A stretch of DNA of 64,000 bases from Octopus vulgaris. Taxonomy: Eukaryota. Shown here piece after piece: positions 1 to 11,779 of the stretch. Position numbers and translations under genes: made by a program. The first letter of the stretch is position 1, and the number at the start of each line of letters is the position of its first letter. The stretch spans positions 26,226,001 through 26,290,000 of the forward strand of contig OX597823.1 of assembly GCA_951406725.2 (NCBI GenBank), given 5' to 3'. Under the pieces are notes generated by a model that worked only from the letters and a program-made list of their open reading frames with translations, ran no database searches and was not told where the DNA came from.

Positions 1-465
1 TCCTCTCAAGCACAGCACATCACCAAAAGTCTCAGTTACCAGTCATTACCTCTGTGAGGCTCAAAGTTCGAAGCTCATGCTTCACCACCTCGTCCTATGT
101 CTTCTTGGTTCTACCTCTACCACAGGTTCCCTCCACAGTTAGAGATTGGCACTTCTTTACACAGCTGTCCTCATCCATACGCATCACATGGCCAAACCAA
201 CACAGTCGTCTCTCTTGCACACCACATCTGATTCCTCTCATGCCTCTTAAGATGCTTACTAGCTGTCGAACATGCACACTGACATTGCACACCCAGTGAA
301 GCATACTGGCTTCATTTCTTTCAAGCCTATGCATATCCTCAGCTGTCATAGCCCATGTTTCACTGCCATGCAGCATAACTATTCGCAGACAGGCATCAAG
401 CAATCTGCCTTTCACTCTGAGAAAGAGGCACTTTGTTGCCAGCAGCGGTAGCTCTCTGAACTTTG
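1..465 (-). mobile_element. RTE-clade non-LTR retrotransposon fragment (C-terminal part of RT ORF)
   Basis: The minus-strand translation KFRELPLLATK..LRVKGRLLDACLRIVMLHGSETW..LERNEASML.W..RRLCWFGHVMRMDEDSCVKKC..VEGTCGRGR.KKT matches the typical post-RT region of RTE elements (YGSETW, RL.WFGHV.RM, RGRP.KTW). Confidence 0.85.
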
Positions 466-480
466 CACACACACAAAATA

Positions 481-625
481 GGTGCAGGTATGGCTGTGTG
501 GTTAAGAAGCTTGTTTCCTGACCATGGGGTCTGGAGTTCAATCTCAATGCACGGTACAGCACCAACCCTAATATGCTAAAGCCTTCTGAGTAGATTTGAT
601 GAACAAATTAAAAGAAACCTACCCA
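481..625 (+). mobile_element. Truncated tRNA-derived SINE head (family A)
   Basis: ggtgcaggtatggctgtgtggttaagaagcttg...ggagttcaatc carries A/B-box-like motifs and matches the heads of the full-length copies elsewhere in the window. Confidence 0.65.
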
Positions 626-629
626 TAGT

Positions 630-1625
630 GTGTAGTTGAGTGAAAAGTTTTTTGTATTTCAAGCTTTAATAGTTCAAACAAATCACGTATGAAAAGCATT
701 TTTATTCATCAAAATATATCATGTCACATTCTGTTGTCTGTTGCTGTCTTTGTACCAGAAACTCAATTCTACACTTATACCATTTGATTGGTTTAGAAGC
801 GAAAAAAACTCCCTGCACCTGTTTTCAACCTCCTCCACATTGTTAAACCTCTTTTTGTACAGGAAATGAACCATGACTTGGAAAGGGTGGTAATCTGATG
901 GTGCATGATCTGGACTGTAGGCAGGGTGAGGCAGCACTTCAAGTTGCTCGAGTTTGTCCTTGGTCCCATTGACAGTTTTTGCTGGGGCATGGTCATACTG
1001 TAGGAGTGCGTTCTTTGATTGACCAATGCCTTCAAAGCATTAGATGCTCATTGCAGTTGCTAAGCATAAATGTTAGCATTCACAGCATGGCCTGAGACTA
1101 ATACAAAGTGCAACCCCACCTCAAAATTCCACCAGACATATTGTTTGAACTCCCCTTGTTTGACATCAGGTTCTGAAGCTTAGTCAGAATGAACCTATTA
1201 CAAAAATAGATCCATTTTTCATCCCCAGTTACAATTCAACTCCAAAAATGGGCATCTTGTGGATTTGCCAGAAGTTGTTTGCAAATGTTCACATGTTGTT
1301 GAGCCTAATCGTTGGCCAGTTCATGAGGGGTTTCTCAACAGCATCTGTTTACAAAGCTGAGCTTATAGAGATGTCAGTTGAAGGTGCTTTGCGAAGGACT
1401 GAAATCTGACAACAATGTATGAGTGTTTGTGCCTGATCTTGATTTGTATTTGAGGCTAGTGTCACCTTCCTTGCAATGTCTTAATCAGTTTTGTGCCACA
1501 CATTTGTTGACAGTTCCTGGACCTTCCTCATCGTTAATTTCTTTTGCTACTGCCCTTGCACTCAGTCCTTTTTTCCCACAGGTAGTGTAAAATGGCCCTG
1601 ACTGCAATTTTTTTTGCCACTCATT
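630..1625 (-). mobile_element. Decayed mariner (Tc1/mariner) transposase pseudogene
   Basis: The minus strand reads MSGKKIAVRAILHYLW..GLSARAVAKEINDEEGPGTV (HTH region, from ~1625) and LPHPAYSPDHAPSDYHPFQ (mariner YSPDLAPSD motif, 719-937), with frameshifts and stops. A TIR-like gttgagtgaaaagttttttgtattt lies near 635. Confidence 0.85.
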
Positions 1626-1661
1626 ATCAATGCTGTAAAATAAAAAATAAACAAATATGGA

Positions 1662-1874
1662 TTACTCTTTTTACTCTTTTATTTGTTTGAGTCATTTGAC
1701 TGCAGCTATGCTGGAGCACCGCCTTTAGTTGAACAAACTTACCCCAGAACTTATTCTTTGTAAGCCTAGTACCTATTCTATTGGACTCTTTAGCTGAACT
1801 GCTAAGTTACGGGGCCGTAGACACACCAGCATCAGTTGTCAAGTGATGGTGGAGGGACAAACACAGACACAAGC

Positions 1875-1965
<91 letters not shown>

Positions 1966-2115
1966 ACAGGCTTCTTTCAGTTTTTGTCTACGAAATCCAC
2001 TTACAAGGCTTTGGTCAGCCTGAGACTATAGCAGAAGACACTTGCCCAAGTGGGACTGAACCCAGAACCATGTGGTTGGTAAGCAAGCTACTTACCACAC
2101 AGCCATTCCTGTGCC
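1662..2115 (-). mobile_element. Full-length tRNA-derived SINE (family A; CORE-like central domain, internal (TA)n(CA)n, tail ...aagtaaaagagtaa)
   Basis: Highly similar to the copies at 21970, 57946, 60697 and 63212. It has a tRNA-like head at the right end and a cttgggcaagtgtcttc motif resembling the CORE-SINE domain. Confidence 0.9.
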
Positions 2116-2194
2116 TATGTTATATATGAAAGTAAAGAATAAACAGTTTAGCAACAATTGGACAAGTTATATCAAATTAATGGAGATATAAGTG

Positions 2195-2351
2195 TTAAGG
2201 TCATCTCAACAGATTTTCTAAAGAAATTATAGCCAGCACAGATTTCGTCACAACGTTTCTCATTGTTTGTTTACATCTGACATCTCACATACAAAAAAAA
2301 ACATCAGTGCTCTCTATAATTTGTATAGAAAATCTGTAGATATGACCTTAA
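2195..2351. repeat. Imperfect 47-bp inverted repeat (MITE-like hairpin)
   Basis: Arm 2195-2241 (ttaaggtcatctcaacagattttctaaagaaattatagccagcacag) is the near reverse complement of arm 2305-2351 (cagtgctctctataatttgtatagaaaatctgtagatatgaccttaa). Both outer ends are ttaa. Confidence 0.8.
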
Positions 2352-2519
2352 TATGTGATTTAAGTGCACTGCTAACACAGTAGTACATGGTATTGACTTA
2401 TAAAACCGTTTATTATATTTTGTAGAATATTATGGTTGCACAATGAAACACCGTGTCATTAATGGAGATACAAGTTGCCAAAAATCATCAGTGAAAATCC
2501 AAAGAAAACTTTTGACTCA

Positions 2520-2750
2520 AACTTGTGTGTGTGTATGTGTACCCTTGTCTGGGTTTCATGTGATTGTTGTAAACCCACATCACTGTCATACAAGTGATGG
2601 CTGTTTGTTTCCAGTTTTCCATGAAATATTACCTTCCTTGGAACAGGTAAGGATTGGTGGCAGCAATGATATGCAGCCATAGGAAATCTGTCTCAGCAAA
2701 TTCTGTCCAACCCATGCAAATGTGGTAAAGTGTATGTTAAATGATGATAT
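2520..2750 (+). mobile_element. 3' half of SINE family A' (RTE-type tail)
   Basis: The body matches 9830-10050 and 16430-16645 and ends in ccaacccatgc...gttaaatgatgat. Confidence 0.65.
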
Positions 2751-3028
2751 GTATGTGTGCATATATATTTAGAGCTATCTTTAGATGTGTTTAGATGGAC
2801 ATGTATATGTGTATGTGTGTATATGTATACAGACACTCAAATAGTATCAGTAATGATCTGTCATCTCTTTTACATCTTATCACCTCCCCCTACCCCACTA
2901 TCTCTTGGTCCCTTATCACTTTCCCCTCTAGTACTTATCCCCCATATGTATCAGCCTGCCATTCATGTCTTTAAATTACTTTGCTACTCAAACCTTTAGC
3001 ACTTCTGCTCCTATTACTTATCTTCTAA

Positions 3029-3079
<51 letters not shown>

Positions 3080-3334
3080 TCTGTTTGTACTATGCTGCCT
3101 CTAATTAATGATGGTGGGTGTCTTTTGTATGTTACCTCCAAGTGTCACTAGTGATTCCACTGGACTTCACACCCTAGCGCTCTCTTCTCTCTCGATGTAT
3201 ATGTACTAGGGACCTCAATGAGTATGTGTCATACACTGTATCTCTATACTTCCAACAACTATTTGGCATCAGTATCCATCATTCTCGCTTGTTTAGCTAC
3301 CTTTTGCTATTCATCTTGCTTTCACTCCTATCCT

Positions 3335-3622
3335 ATCTGATGCTGCTGGTGCCATGGTGAAATGCTCTTTAAAATATGAGTCACGATAACCTTTTAGTCT
3401 TGTTGAAGACATGGCAGCATCACTGATACAAACCACAGGAAAAAGTGCACCTAGTCCTCTCTGTAAAATGGCTGGCATTAGGAAGGGTATCCAACCATAG
3501 AAACAATGCTGAAGATGAAACTCACGAGTGAGATGTGGAGTTTTTTTATTCTTCTAGGAGAGCAGCAGTAGTATAGCCAACTCATGCCAGCATGAAAACA
3601 GTCATAAATCAATGATGATGGT
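3335..3622 (+). mobile_element. Retroposon 3' tail (family C, RTE-related)
   Basis: gctggtgcca...ggcattaggaagggtatccaaccatagaaac...ccaactcatgccagcatgaaaac...atgatgatg is the same motif seen at 13100, 21760, 49600, 55570 and 58480. Confidence 0.65.
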
Positions 3623-3989
3623 ATCTTGCTGTATCAACTGTGAAGAGTAAGATGTAGTTACCTCTTCTTGTGCTGAGCCTACCTTTGTTTCAATTACTAA
3701 TTGTCACAACATTTTATTTACATTACTGATACATTTGTTAAAGGCACAAAATCACATATTCTTATTCTCTTACCCACTCAGTCATCTATAAACCCTGGAG
3801 ATGCTTACATATGTAAAAAGTCACTCTACATGCATGTGTTGTATGTGTGTGTGTGTTCCAATAGTAATTTATTAATAGTGGGGTTTCTTTGTGTTTCTTA
3901 TTTCTTATTTAGTAGAATATTATAAATAAGTTTGTTGAGGATTAATATTGAACAAAGAATAAATTTTTATGTAAGTTTAGTAGAGCAGT

Positions 3990-4180
3990 CAGTTAGCAGA
4001 ATTATTAGTGTTGGACAAAATGCATTGTAGTATTTAGTTACAGTTCTTTATTTACTGTAATCAAATCACATTGTTCTTAACTTAGCCTATAATTCTTTTG
4101 GGGTTGATAAAATGAAGTACCAGACAAGTACTAGAGTTAATTTAATCAACAATACTGTGTCCTACAACTTGTGGGTTTGT
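3990..4180 (+). mobile_element. Diverged SINE (family B)
   Basis: gttagcagaattattagtgttggacaaaatgc...cttttggggttgataaaatgaagtaccag matches the better copies at 31345, 42690 and 51745. Confidence 0.6.
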
Positions 4181-4514
4181 TACTACTGTATAAGAGATCT
4201 GTATGCAAACTATAGTATTGATGCAGGTACAAAGGACATATGGAAGACTATTAAAAGTAAATGTTTTATGTAGTGTGGTCAATTAAATACTTAGTCCTCC
4301 CTCTGTTTATGTATATATATATATATATATATCTACCTCTTTATTGTTGCTATTAATTAGGTGGAAGGGGCATGAGGCACTTAGGAACTTTGAATGCCTA
4401 GCTAGACTGATGACAACACTAGTTCGGAAAAGGAAGGATTGAGCTAAGTGTTTAGTGCTCATTGTTGTGTGAGACACTTTTGGATGACAAAAGCAAAAAT
4501 GAAAGATACATCAT

Positions 4515-4720
4515 ATTTAGTCTCTGGTCATCCCTGATTAAGCAGATCCGTCAGCAACAGGTTTCCAGCTATGACCATGCTATCTTTTTCCTATGTGCAG
4601 AGACACTGAGCCAAATTATCCTATGTGTCTTTCTAAGATAGTGGGGTGTGATTTGAGGAAGATTTTGCTATTGTTTCTAGCAGGTTGAGCAACTACATAG
4701 AGGCTCCCTTGTTGGTACAT
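4515..4720 (-). mobile_element. Dispersed retroposon-like repeat (family D)
   Basis: The motif gatttgaggaagattttgctattgtttctagcaggttgagcaactacatagaggctccct recurs at 18405-18765 and, reverse-complemented, at 48995, 56660, 57190 and 59385, where it ends in ggggctaaacaacaac. Confidence 0.65.
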
Positions 4721-5559
4721 CAGATAGGCTTGAGTGGTGGTGGTGATGATGATGATGATGATGATAGTATGAAGCTTGTTGGTTCTGATTAGTTGGACCA
4801 TTTAGCGTGTTTCTAGTTTAATGGCTACTGTTTGTTGGTAAGTGAGCTTTAATAATCAACTGGAGGTATTTTTCATTCAAGAAACAAACCTAATTTAAAT
4901 GTAATTTAATCTATACTTACAGAGCTTTAGGTGTGACACTATTTTTGACTGTGCATGCTTTTAGCAGACTTCTTTTGTTGCAAATATTCAAAGTAAAATC
5001 CTGTCCGTTTTCTTTTCTTTCTCATATTGACTTAAACATCTGCACCGATTCCACCATTCTGGGTCCACATCCTTAGTCAGTTAACTTAGAAGTATCTGAA
5101 ATGATAATTAGTAAATCATTAAGTGAATTGCTCATGTGTGAGCAATTAAAGCACTTTTAGAACTAGGGTCTTCAATTGTTTTTAGAACTGGTTGCCCTTC
5201 TTACCATTAACAACTCAGTTGTGAATCTGCCTACTTTTGTTCAGTCAAGTAAACTGGAGCAAGGTGAATGAACTACCTTTCTGGGGGGGTCAAAGACAGT
5301 TCTAGCAAGTTTCATTCTATGTAAATGTATTAATGAGCTTGCCCTTTAACACTTTATCTCAAGAGCCATTGCTGGTTTTGTAATATTAAACAAATAAGAG
5401 ATAAATCTATAATCTCACCTCATTTAAGACATCACTCCCATCTAAAGCAGTAATATTGATTTGGTTGTTTCTGCTTTCTATGTGGATTGAGGTGTGAAAA
5501 ACTAAGTAGCAAACACACATTGTGGCACCAATTAATTTGGACTTGGGAATAGACACAGG

Positions 5560-5965
5560 CATCCTAGTGTTCATCCAAAGAGTTTTAAAAATGCTACATG
5601 ATGTATTGGTGTAAAGTTGCTCAGAAACATTCCAACCTCTAGCTCGCAGATAAACTGTCTCCTCTCGCTGTCCTTTCTACTGCAACTACAGTGGTCTCAT
5701 AGACATTGACTGGCTCGTTTCCTGCCGCTTCTATTCATGCACATCCCACGCTCTTGCTTCTCCTCCTCTTATCACTTATATGGTGTCGAACCCACCACCC
5801 CAGTCTTCCCAGAACAGCTTTCTGGAATTCCCTCCTTTTACACATTTTCCTTCCAACCATTGACTTGCAACAGCTTGCACAGAATATTAACAATATCAGT
5901 CTCATTGGTCTTGGAGCACTGTTCCTTCCTTCATATTAAACTTACAAAAGTAAATAAAAAAAAAC
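5560..5965 (+). mobile_element. 3' end of a CR1/Jockey-like LINE with poly(A)-like tail
   Basis: The decayed reading QPLARR..VSSLSFYCNYSG ... SLPRTAFWNSL..HIF.PTIDLQQL..NIN resembles the L..RR.V.SL.LFY / PRT..WNSLP..FP..L..FK..N C-terminus of these LINEs. It is followed by aataaaaaaaa. Confidence 0.6.
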
Positions 5966-8407
5966 GATTGGTAATTCATTGCAATATCGACTTAGTCCGT
6001 TTTTACCTAGAGTATTTAATATGGAGTAAGTAGTGTTTGCATTCAGTTTGGAGGAGCAAAAGCTGTAGTCGTACTAATTGAAATGACAGACACAGCTATT
6101 ACAAAGCATTAGATGTAGTATGGCATTAAATGAAGGTTTGCCTGTCAGGTATTCAGTCTTTATACCTTGGATGCTGCATATAATTTGTGTACACACATGT
6201 CTGCTTGCACATATACATGTGTGTGTGTGTGTGGTCGAGGTCATGTCTTCATTGAAGAAAAAAAAATCTTTTTGTTTATTTATTTTTGAAGAACATTTGC
6301 GCTATAAGAAGTCGGTTGCTTTTCAAATCTGAAGTATTTTCTGACTTTGAAAAGGAAGGAAACCCTACCTTTGTGATGCAGTCCTGGTTATGTAAAGAAT
6401 GTACGGCTGCTATGAAAGGTCAACACAAATTGTAAGACCTTAGCATTTGCAGGGAATCTGATGAATTACAACAAATAGAGGTGATGGGTTGTTTGGAGTG
6501 AGTGTGGGTGTGTGTTTCCAGTTAACAATGTTGGGAAAATTTTTAACCAATTGTTACTTGTTTGCTTTTTTTTTTGTTTTTATTTTGATCTTAGGAAGTC
6601 TTATTTCTTGGTGTATTTAGTTAGTTAATTTTTTAAAATTTTATTATTTATTTTTTCAGCATTACATTTCGGATTTATTTTTCACAGTTCTGAGATCAAA
6701 TGCACTCAGGGCATAATTTTACTTCCTGCCTTTCCTTTAGGATGACTTGTGATGTTTTGTCACGTTTCTCTTGAGTTCACGTCCTACAAGGATTGGTTTT
6801 TGCTTTCATCCTTTTGGGGTTGATAAAAGGCCACAGGTTTTGGAAAGAGTTAAAATTGGTTAAATCGATACCTGTGAGATTTAGCTGATTTTTCTATTTC
6901 TTTTTCATTTTCATCTTGCAATATGTGAACAGGATTGTTGGTTGCAGGCTTCTAATGGGACAATCACTGGTTCACTGCATTTCTGAAAGCAAAAGTGACA
7001 AGGGATTGTCTAATTGGATATTTCAATGGACCTTGTTCACAAAGTACTGATTTTTCAGTTTTCTTGCTGGTGTTTATCTTTTGCTACTAAATTCCACTAT
7101 CTCTTCTGCTGCTACTGCTTTTAGAACAGTGTATGATATTCTGTTTTATTAGGCTACGTTCTGTTCAGTATAAACCCACTTGAATAATTTCTTTAAAAAA
7201 GTTTCTGCCCTTTCTAAAAGTGTCAATATTCACTTTTCAGTTCTACTCACAATAACCCACCTGAAATTCTCTTGCTAGTCATGCCACCTACTCCAATCTA
7301 ATTACTGTCCTTCAACTAAGCTTTAATTAACTATCTAACTTCACCCAATTATCTCAGAATAAGACCTTAGACAAAGGTATATCTTAAGTATTTGCTATTT
7401 AATAAATATATAATGTATTGGTAGAGTTGTTATAGCATCAAATAAACTCTTTATAATATTCATTCTGACTTTTTTGCAGTCTTGGTTCAAATCCTAGTAA
7501 GGTCAGGTTTGTTTTTCATCCTTTCAGGGTTTGTAAAAAAAGTATCAATCCGTGTTGGTGGTTTGGCAGACAGAATGCCTTGTAATATCTATTCCAGCTC
7601 ATCACTTTTTGAATTCCTATTTTGCTATGGCCCATTTGAGTGACAGATTAAATCTGTTGCCTGGTTTAACACATTTGTTGAAATACATTATCTTTGTTTC
7701 AATTAATTTTGAAAATAAATTTAGTGAAATAGCGTTGTCATTTAATAATGAAGTTATTTTACTAAATTCATGTTTGTGACTTAAATGAGAGAAGGTTTTA
7801 ATTTAAATCACTTTAAGACAAAGTTTGTATCATAGAACCAGGAGCAGTCTCAGGCAGGTTTATAACAAAAAAATTAACACCAATACTTGGCACTACTTGT
7901 GTGCTTTTAGCAGTCTATTCTGTTGTAAATGTTCTTGCTATGTCTCTGGTTTGAGGATAACTCACTCCTTCCCCACCAGTCTTTACAAATGCCTTATAGT
8001 GACATGAGCATTGGCTTCCTTCCTCACTAAAAGGTTAAAAAAAGGAAACTACCACAATGTAGTAGTGTTAAAGGTGCCAGTGGGTGGACTGTGTGAGACT
8101 ATTTTCAATTCCTGTTTGTAGATATGCTACCCACTTATGACCTTGGTAGTGTTATCAACTATCTTGACTACCTAAAGAATGAATTGGTGGGGTGAGAGGA
8201 GTTTGGTGGATATCTGTCCTTACAAAGGGTCCAGCTATTCACATAAGATCATCTCATTAGTGTGTTAGGAGTGGAGGAGTAACTATAATTGTATTTGTGT
8301 ACACATACATGTACACTTGAGTGGTGTATATGTAATGTATGTTTGTGCATGCATGCTTCTATATTTATTGTGTGTATGTATGAATATATATATATATATA
8401 TATATAT

Positions 8408-8442
8408 TAGCATGGAAAACGGATGCTAAACGATGATGATGA

Positions 8443-8446
<4 letters not shown>
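8408..8446 (+). mobile_element. Extremely 5'-truncated RTE-type tail inserted in (TA)n
   Basis: tagcatggaaaacggatgctaaacgatgatgatgatgat, flanked on both sides by (TA)n. Confidence 0.7.
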
Positions 8447-8491
<45 letters not shown>

Positions 8492-9749
8492 CATGCATAT
8501 ACATATTTTGGTGTAATTATGTATGTATGTGTGTGCAAACAGATTTGTGTAAGAAGATCCAGGTATGAACATATGCACACACATATGATTATCTAAAATT
8601 TATGGGTCTTATAGAGCTGAACACGAGGTGCCAACAAGTTACCTTGCAGCACACTTTCTAAATATTCTATTTTCAAACTCATAAATTCAGTTCATCAGGC
8701 CTTTGCTCAGCATTTAGCTAGAGCTTTCTTTCTCTGCTAAGGACTATCCAACACAGACATTGTTAGCATAACCTACTTCGTTAGTAGATTTTACCTTTCT
8801 AGTTTGATTGTCTTGTCACTTCTAATGAGTTGATGCCAGCAATTTGTGGAGAAACACTCTGCTGATTTCACTGACTCTCCAGCTTGTAGCTGAAGATGGC
8901 ATTTCATTGTTATGTTTGTTTCATGTGGGAGGTTAGTTCTTTCAGAATTCAAATTATGTGTGTGTGTCTCTGTTTGTTTATATTCCTGTGGATGTATGTA
9001 TATTGCTATATCTGTTTGTTCTTACATACACACACACACACACACACACTACATATTCGCGTAGGCACAACTGGGGAGTGAAAACGAAATAGTCAAACAT
9101 ATGACTTTAATTAACATACTTGTTGAGTTGATAATTAGTAATTGCAACACCTTTCAAAGAGGAGTAACTAATTAATCTCTATCAGTATCCAGCCAATATG
9201 AAGTTATGCAATCTCAGAATTGTTTATTTATTTATTATTGTTGTTATTAATCCTTTATAGCTATTCAGCCTTTTAGCTAAGATCAAAGTGTAGTGGTGTT
9301 GGCGTTATTATTATTATTATTATTATTATCATAGTCTTATTGTTATTGTGTGCTTTCATTACATAATCAAGTGCAATATTGTTATTGTGTACTTTCTGTG
9401 CACAGTGGGAACTTCTTTTCCTTTCTTTCTTTTTTACTAGTTTCAATAATTGCATTGCGACCATGCTGGGGTATCACCTTCAGTCAGTTTGAATTAATCA
9501 TATCAACCCTTGTATTTTGCCTAGTCATTATTTCAACATTCTTGTATGGTACAAAATAGAAAATAGAACATTTGGCATGAGTAGATAACAAGTTGAGTAT
9601 GAATACCACAGGCTATTTCTGTTTAAATGTACCAGTTTTTCCCCCATTGTTCAAATTTTTCTTAAGAAGTATTGGTCAACCTGAGATTATGGTAAAAACA
9701 TTTGCCTAGTGTTGTAGGATTGAACCAGGAACCACATGATTGCAAAGCA

Positions 9750-10050
9750 TCTTGAGCAAGTGCTTTCTATTATAACCCCAGGCCAACCAAAGCCTTGTGA
9801 GTGGATTTGATTGATAGAAACTGAAAGAAGCTTTGTGTGTATGTGTGTGTGTTACTGTTTCCTTGCTTTGGCATCATATGACAGTTGTAAATGAGTCTCA
9901 CCACTGTGCAAGTGTTGTCTTTCATTTCCAATCTTCTGTGAAAACATGTCTGGTCATGGGGAAATATTACTTCATTTGGGAAACAGGTGAGGTTTGGTGA
10001 CAGGAAGAGCATTCAGCTGTAGAAGAGTGGACATTGAAATGATGATGATG
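9750..10050 (+). mobile_element. SINE family A' (CORE-like body, RTE-type tail), abutting an oppositely oriented SINE head at 9650-9750
   Basis: ccaaagccttgtgagtggatttg..gaaactgaaagaag, then (GT)n, then ...ggaagagcattcagctgtagaagagtggacattgaaatgatgatgatg. Confidence 0.75.
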
Positions 10051-10699
10051 CAAAAGGGCTGTATGTAAAATGTCATTCTACTGAAAAGGGCCACTGAGCT
10101 ACAAAGGCTGAGAATCACAGGTCTAAAAACTAATTCTGGGCTGGAGGTGTATCAGCCTTTGGATAACACCGGTGGCTTGGAAAGGGGAGGCTGGTATGCA
10201 TGGGCAACTGCTAGTCTTCGATAAACAACCTTGCCTGGACTTGTGCTTTGGAGGGGAACTTTCTAGGTACAATCCTATGGTCATTCATGACCGAAGGGGT
10301 CTTTACCCCCCCCCCCTTTTTTTTTAAGCATAAAAACAATTAGTAAATTAAATGTAAATTAAATGATTTCTTTACATTAGTACCATTCCACATATTCATA
10401 CAAGAGTGAGTTATAGTTGATTGAATCAACCCTTCTTATTTTATCATATCATCCAGTGAGTAGTGAAAAGTCCCTTGATCCTTCCAGTGGAGTCAAATTT
10501 GTTGCAAGCATTCAGAATAGGTTTCCAGTATAAGAAAAAAAATTTCTTTCCTTCCACCAGTTTTGGAGGTCCTGAATAAAGGTAGTAGGTGCTATTCTTC
10601 TTTCTTTGGGTAAAATACATATAAAATATAGTTGGGCTATGGGATTTGAACTTAAAATGTAAACATTATTATCATCGTGAAGTATATTTACCATCTAAA

Positions 10700-10965
10700 T
10701 ATGGCTAACTCCTAAGGGTGGATACTACTGTAGCTTGTAGCCCCAGGAGGACACCTCCTCCAGCTGGCTATTGACACACTTTCTGTGCCCTATCAGTATT
10801 TGCAAAGGGAAGCCATCCTTCCTGTCTTCAACCTATGATACACACAGACTCGAGTTTCTGGGTATTGACCCGTCATCAACGTATGACAATCACAGTTGTC
10901 GATGAAAAGTAGGTTCCCTTTGCAAATATATATCCTTTTTCCAGTGACGTAGAGACACTGATATC
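10700..10965 (-). mobile_element. Structured hammerhead-bearing repeat (Penelope pLTR/retrozyme-like)
   Basis: A perfect 15-bp inverted repeat (tatttgcaaagggaa 10797-10811 / ttccctttgcaaata 10914-10928) encloses the hammerhead motif. An extra hairpin aggagg-aca-cctcct lies at 10745-10759. The boundaries are approximate. Confidence 0.55.
10841..10885 (-). ncRNA. Type-I hammerhead ribozyme-like motif (C3U variant)
   Basis: The minus strand reads CAUACG-UUGAUGA-CGGGU-CAAU-ACCCA-GAAA-CUCGAG-UC-UGUGUG. Stem I is CAUACG/UGUGUG, the core is (C>U)UGAUGA...GAAA...UC, stem II is GGGU/ACCC, and stem III is the palindrome ACUCGAGU. Confidence 0.7.
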
Positions 10966-11009
10966 GAAAAAGTGTAAACAAGCAATAATACATCTCAGAG
11001 CGAGTTATA

Positions 11010-11215
11010 AACATCATCATTTAATGCCAAAATTCCCATGCTGGCATAGGTTGGATGGTTTGAAAGGAGCTGGTAAGTTGGAGAGCTGCACCAAGTTCCA
11101 TTTGTCTGTTTTGGCTTGGTTTCTATGGCTAGATGCCCTTCCTAACACCAACCACTTTACAGAGTGTACTTGGTGTCTTTTAAGTGTCACTGGCATGGGT
11201 GCCTTTTACGTTGCC
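11010..11215 (-). mobile_element. Retroposon 3' tail (family C)
   Basis: catcatcatttaatgcc..ccatgctggcataggttggatggtttg..ggctagatgcccttcctaacaccaaccactttacagagtgtact is the reverse complement of the family C tail. Confidence 0.75.
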
Positions 11216-11779
11216 TGATGCATTACTATTTCTGCTACTGCAGCACCTAAATAAATAAGGATTCCTTTACACACGGTGTACTTTTATATAATACAAAGTA
11301 TTTTGGATTGTCTTCCATTCCTTATATTTCTATGAACCAATAAGGGAGCCAGACAATGACCTTTTAGATGATTTAGTACTAGATAAGATACTTCAATAAA
11401 ATATTTGATGATCATGTCTGGATCGCTTTTGACTTGGGGTTAAACAATGGCAGCAGTAAAGTGGCAGGATTATCAGAAAATTTTGTTGAGGAATGTAGAT
11501 GTTTTATTGGCTTGGTTAGAGTATGTAGGACTTATTTTCAAACCAGAGATTTGGTCCAAATGTTTGCAATGTAGTGGATTGTGCTAATAGTACCCAAATA
11601 TCAGTAAATAGAGCCATGGATTAATTTTATCATTTAAGATCAGGAACCCTGACAGATTTCCAAGGTTTCTACTTACCAAGTTTCGTTTACAGGCTTCAGT
11701 TGACCTGAATTTATGGTGGAAGCCACTTGACCTAGGTGCCGTATATAAGGATCAAACACAAAACCACACAAGACACCCT

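Noticed and set aside
1836-2129. Recurrent ORFs ending GFFQFLSTKSTHKAL / [22 protein letters not shown] (also at 21933, 58055, 60861, 63395)
   Set aside because: They are antisense readings of the same SINE, not a protein family.
8655-8700. Minus-strand CTGATGA...GAAA hammerhead candidate
   Set aside because: Stem I and stem III cannot form, so it is likely a chance match.
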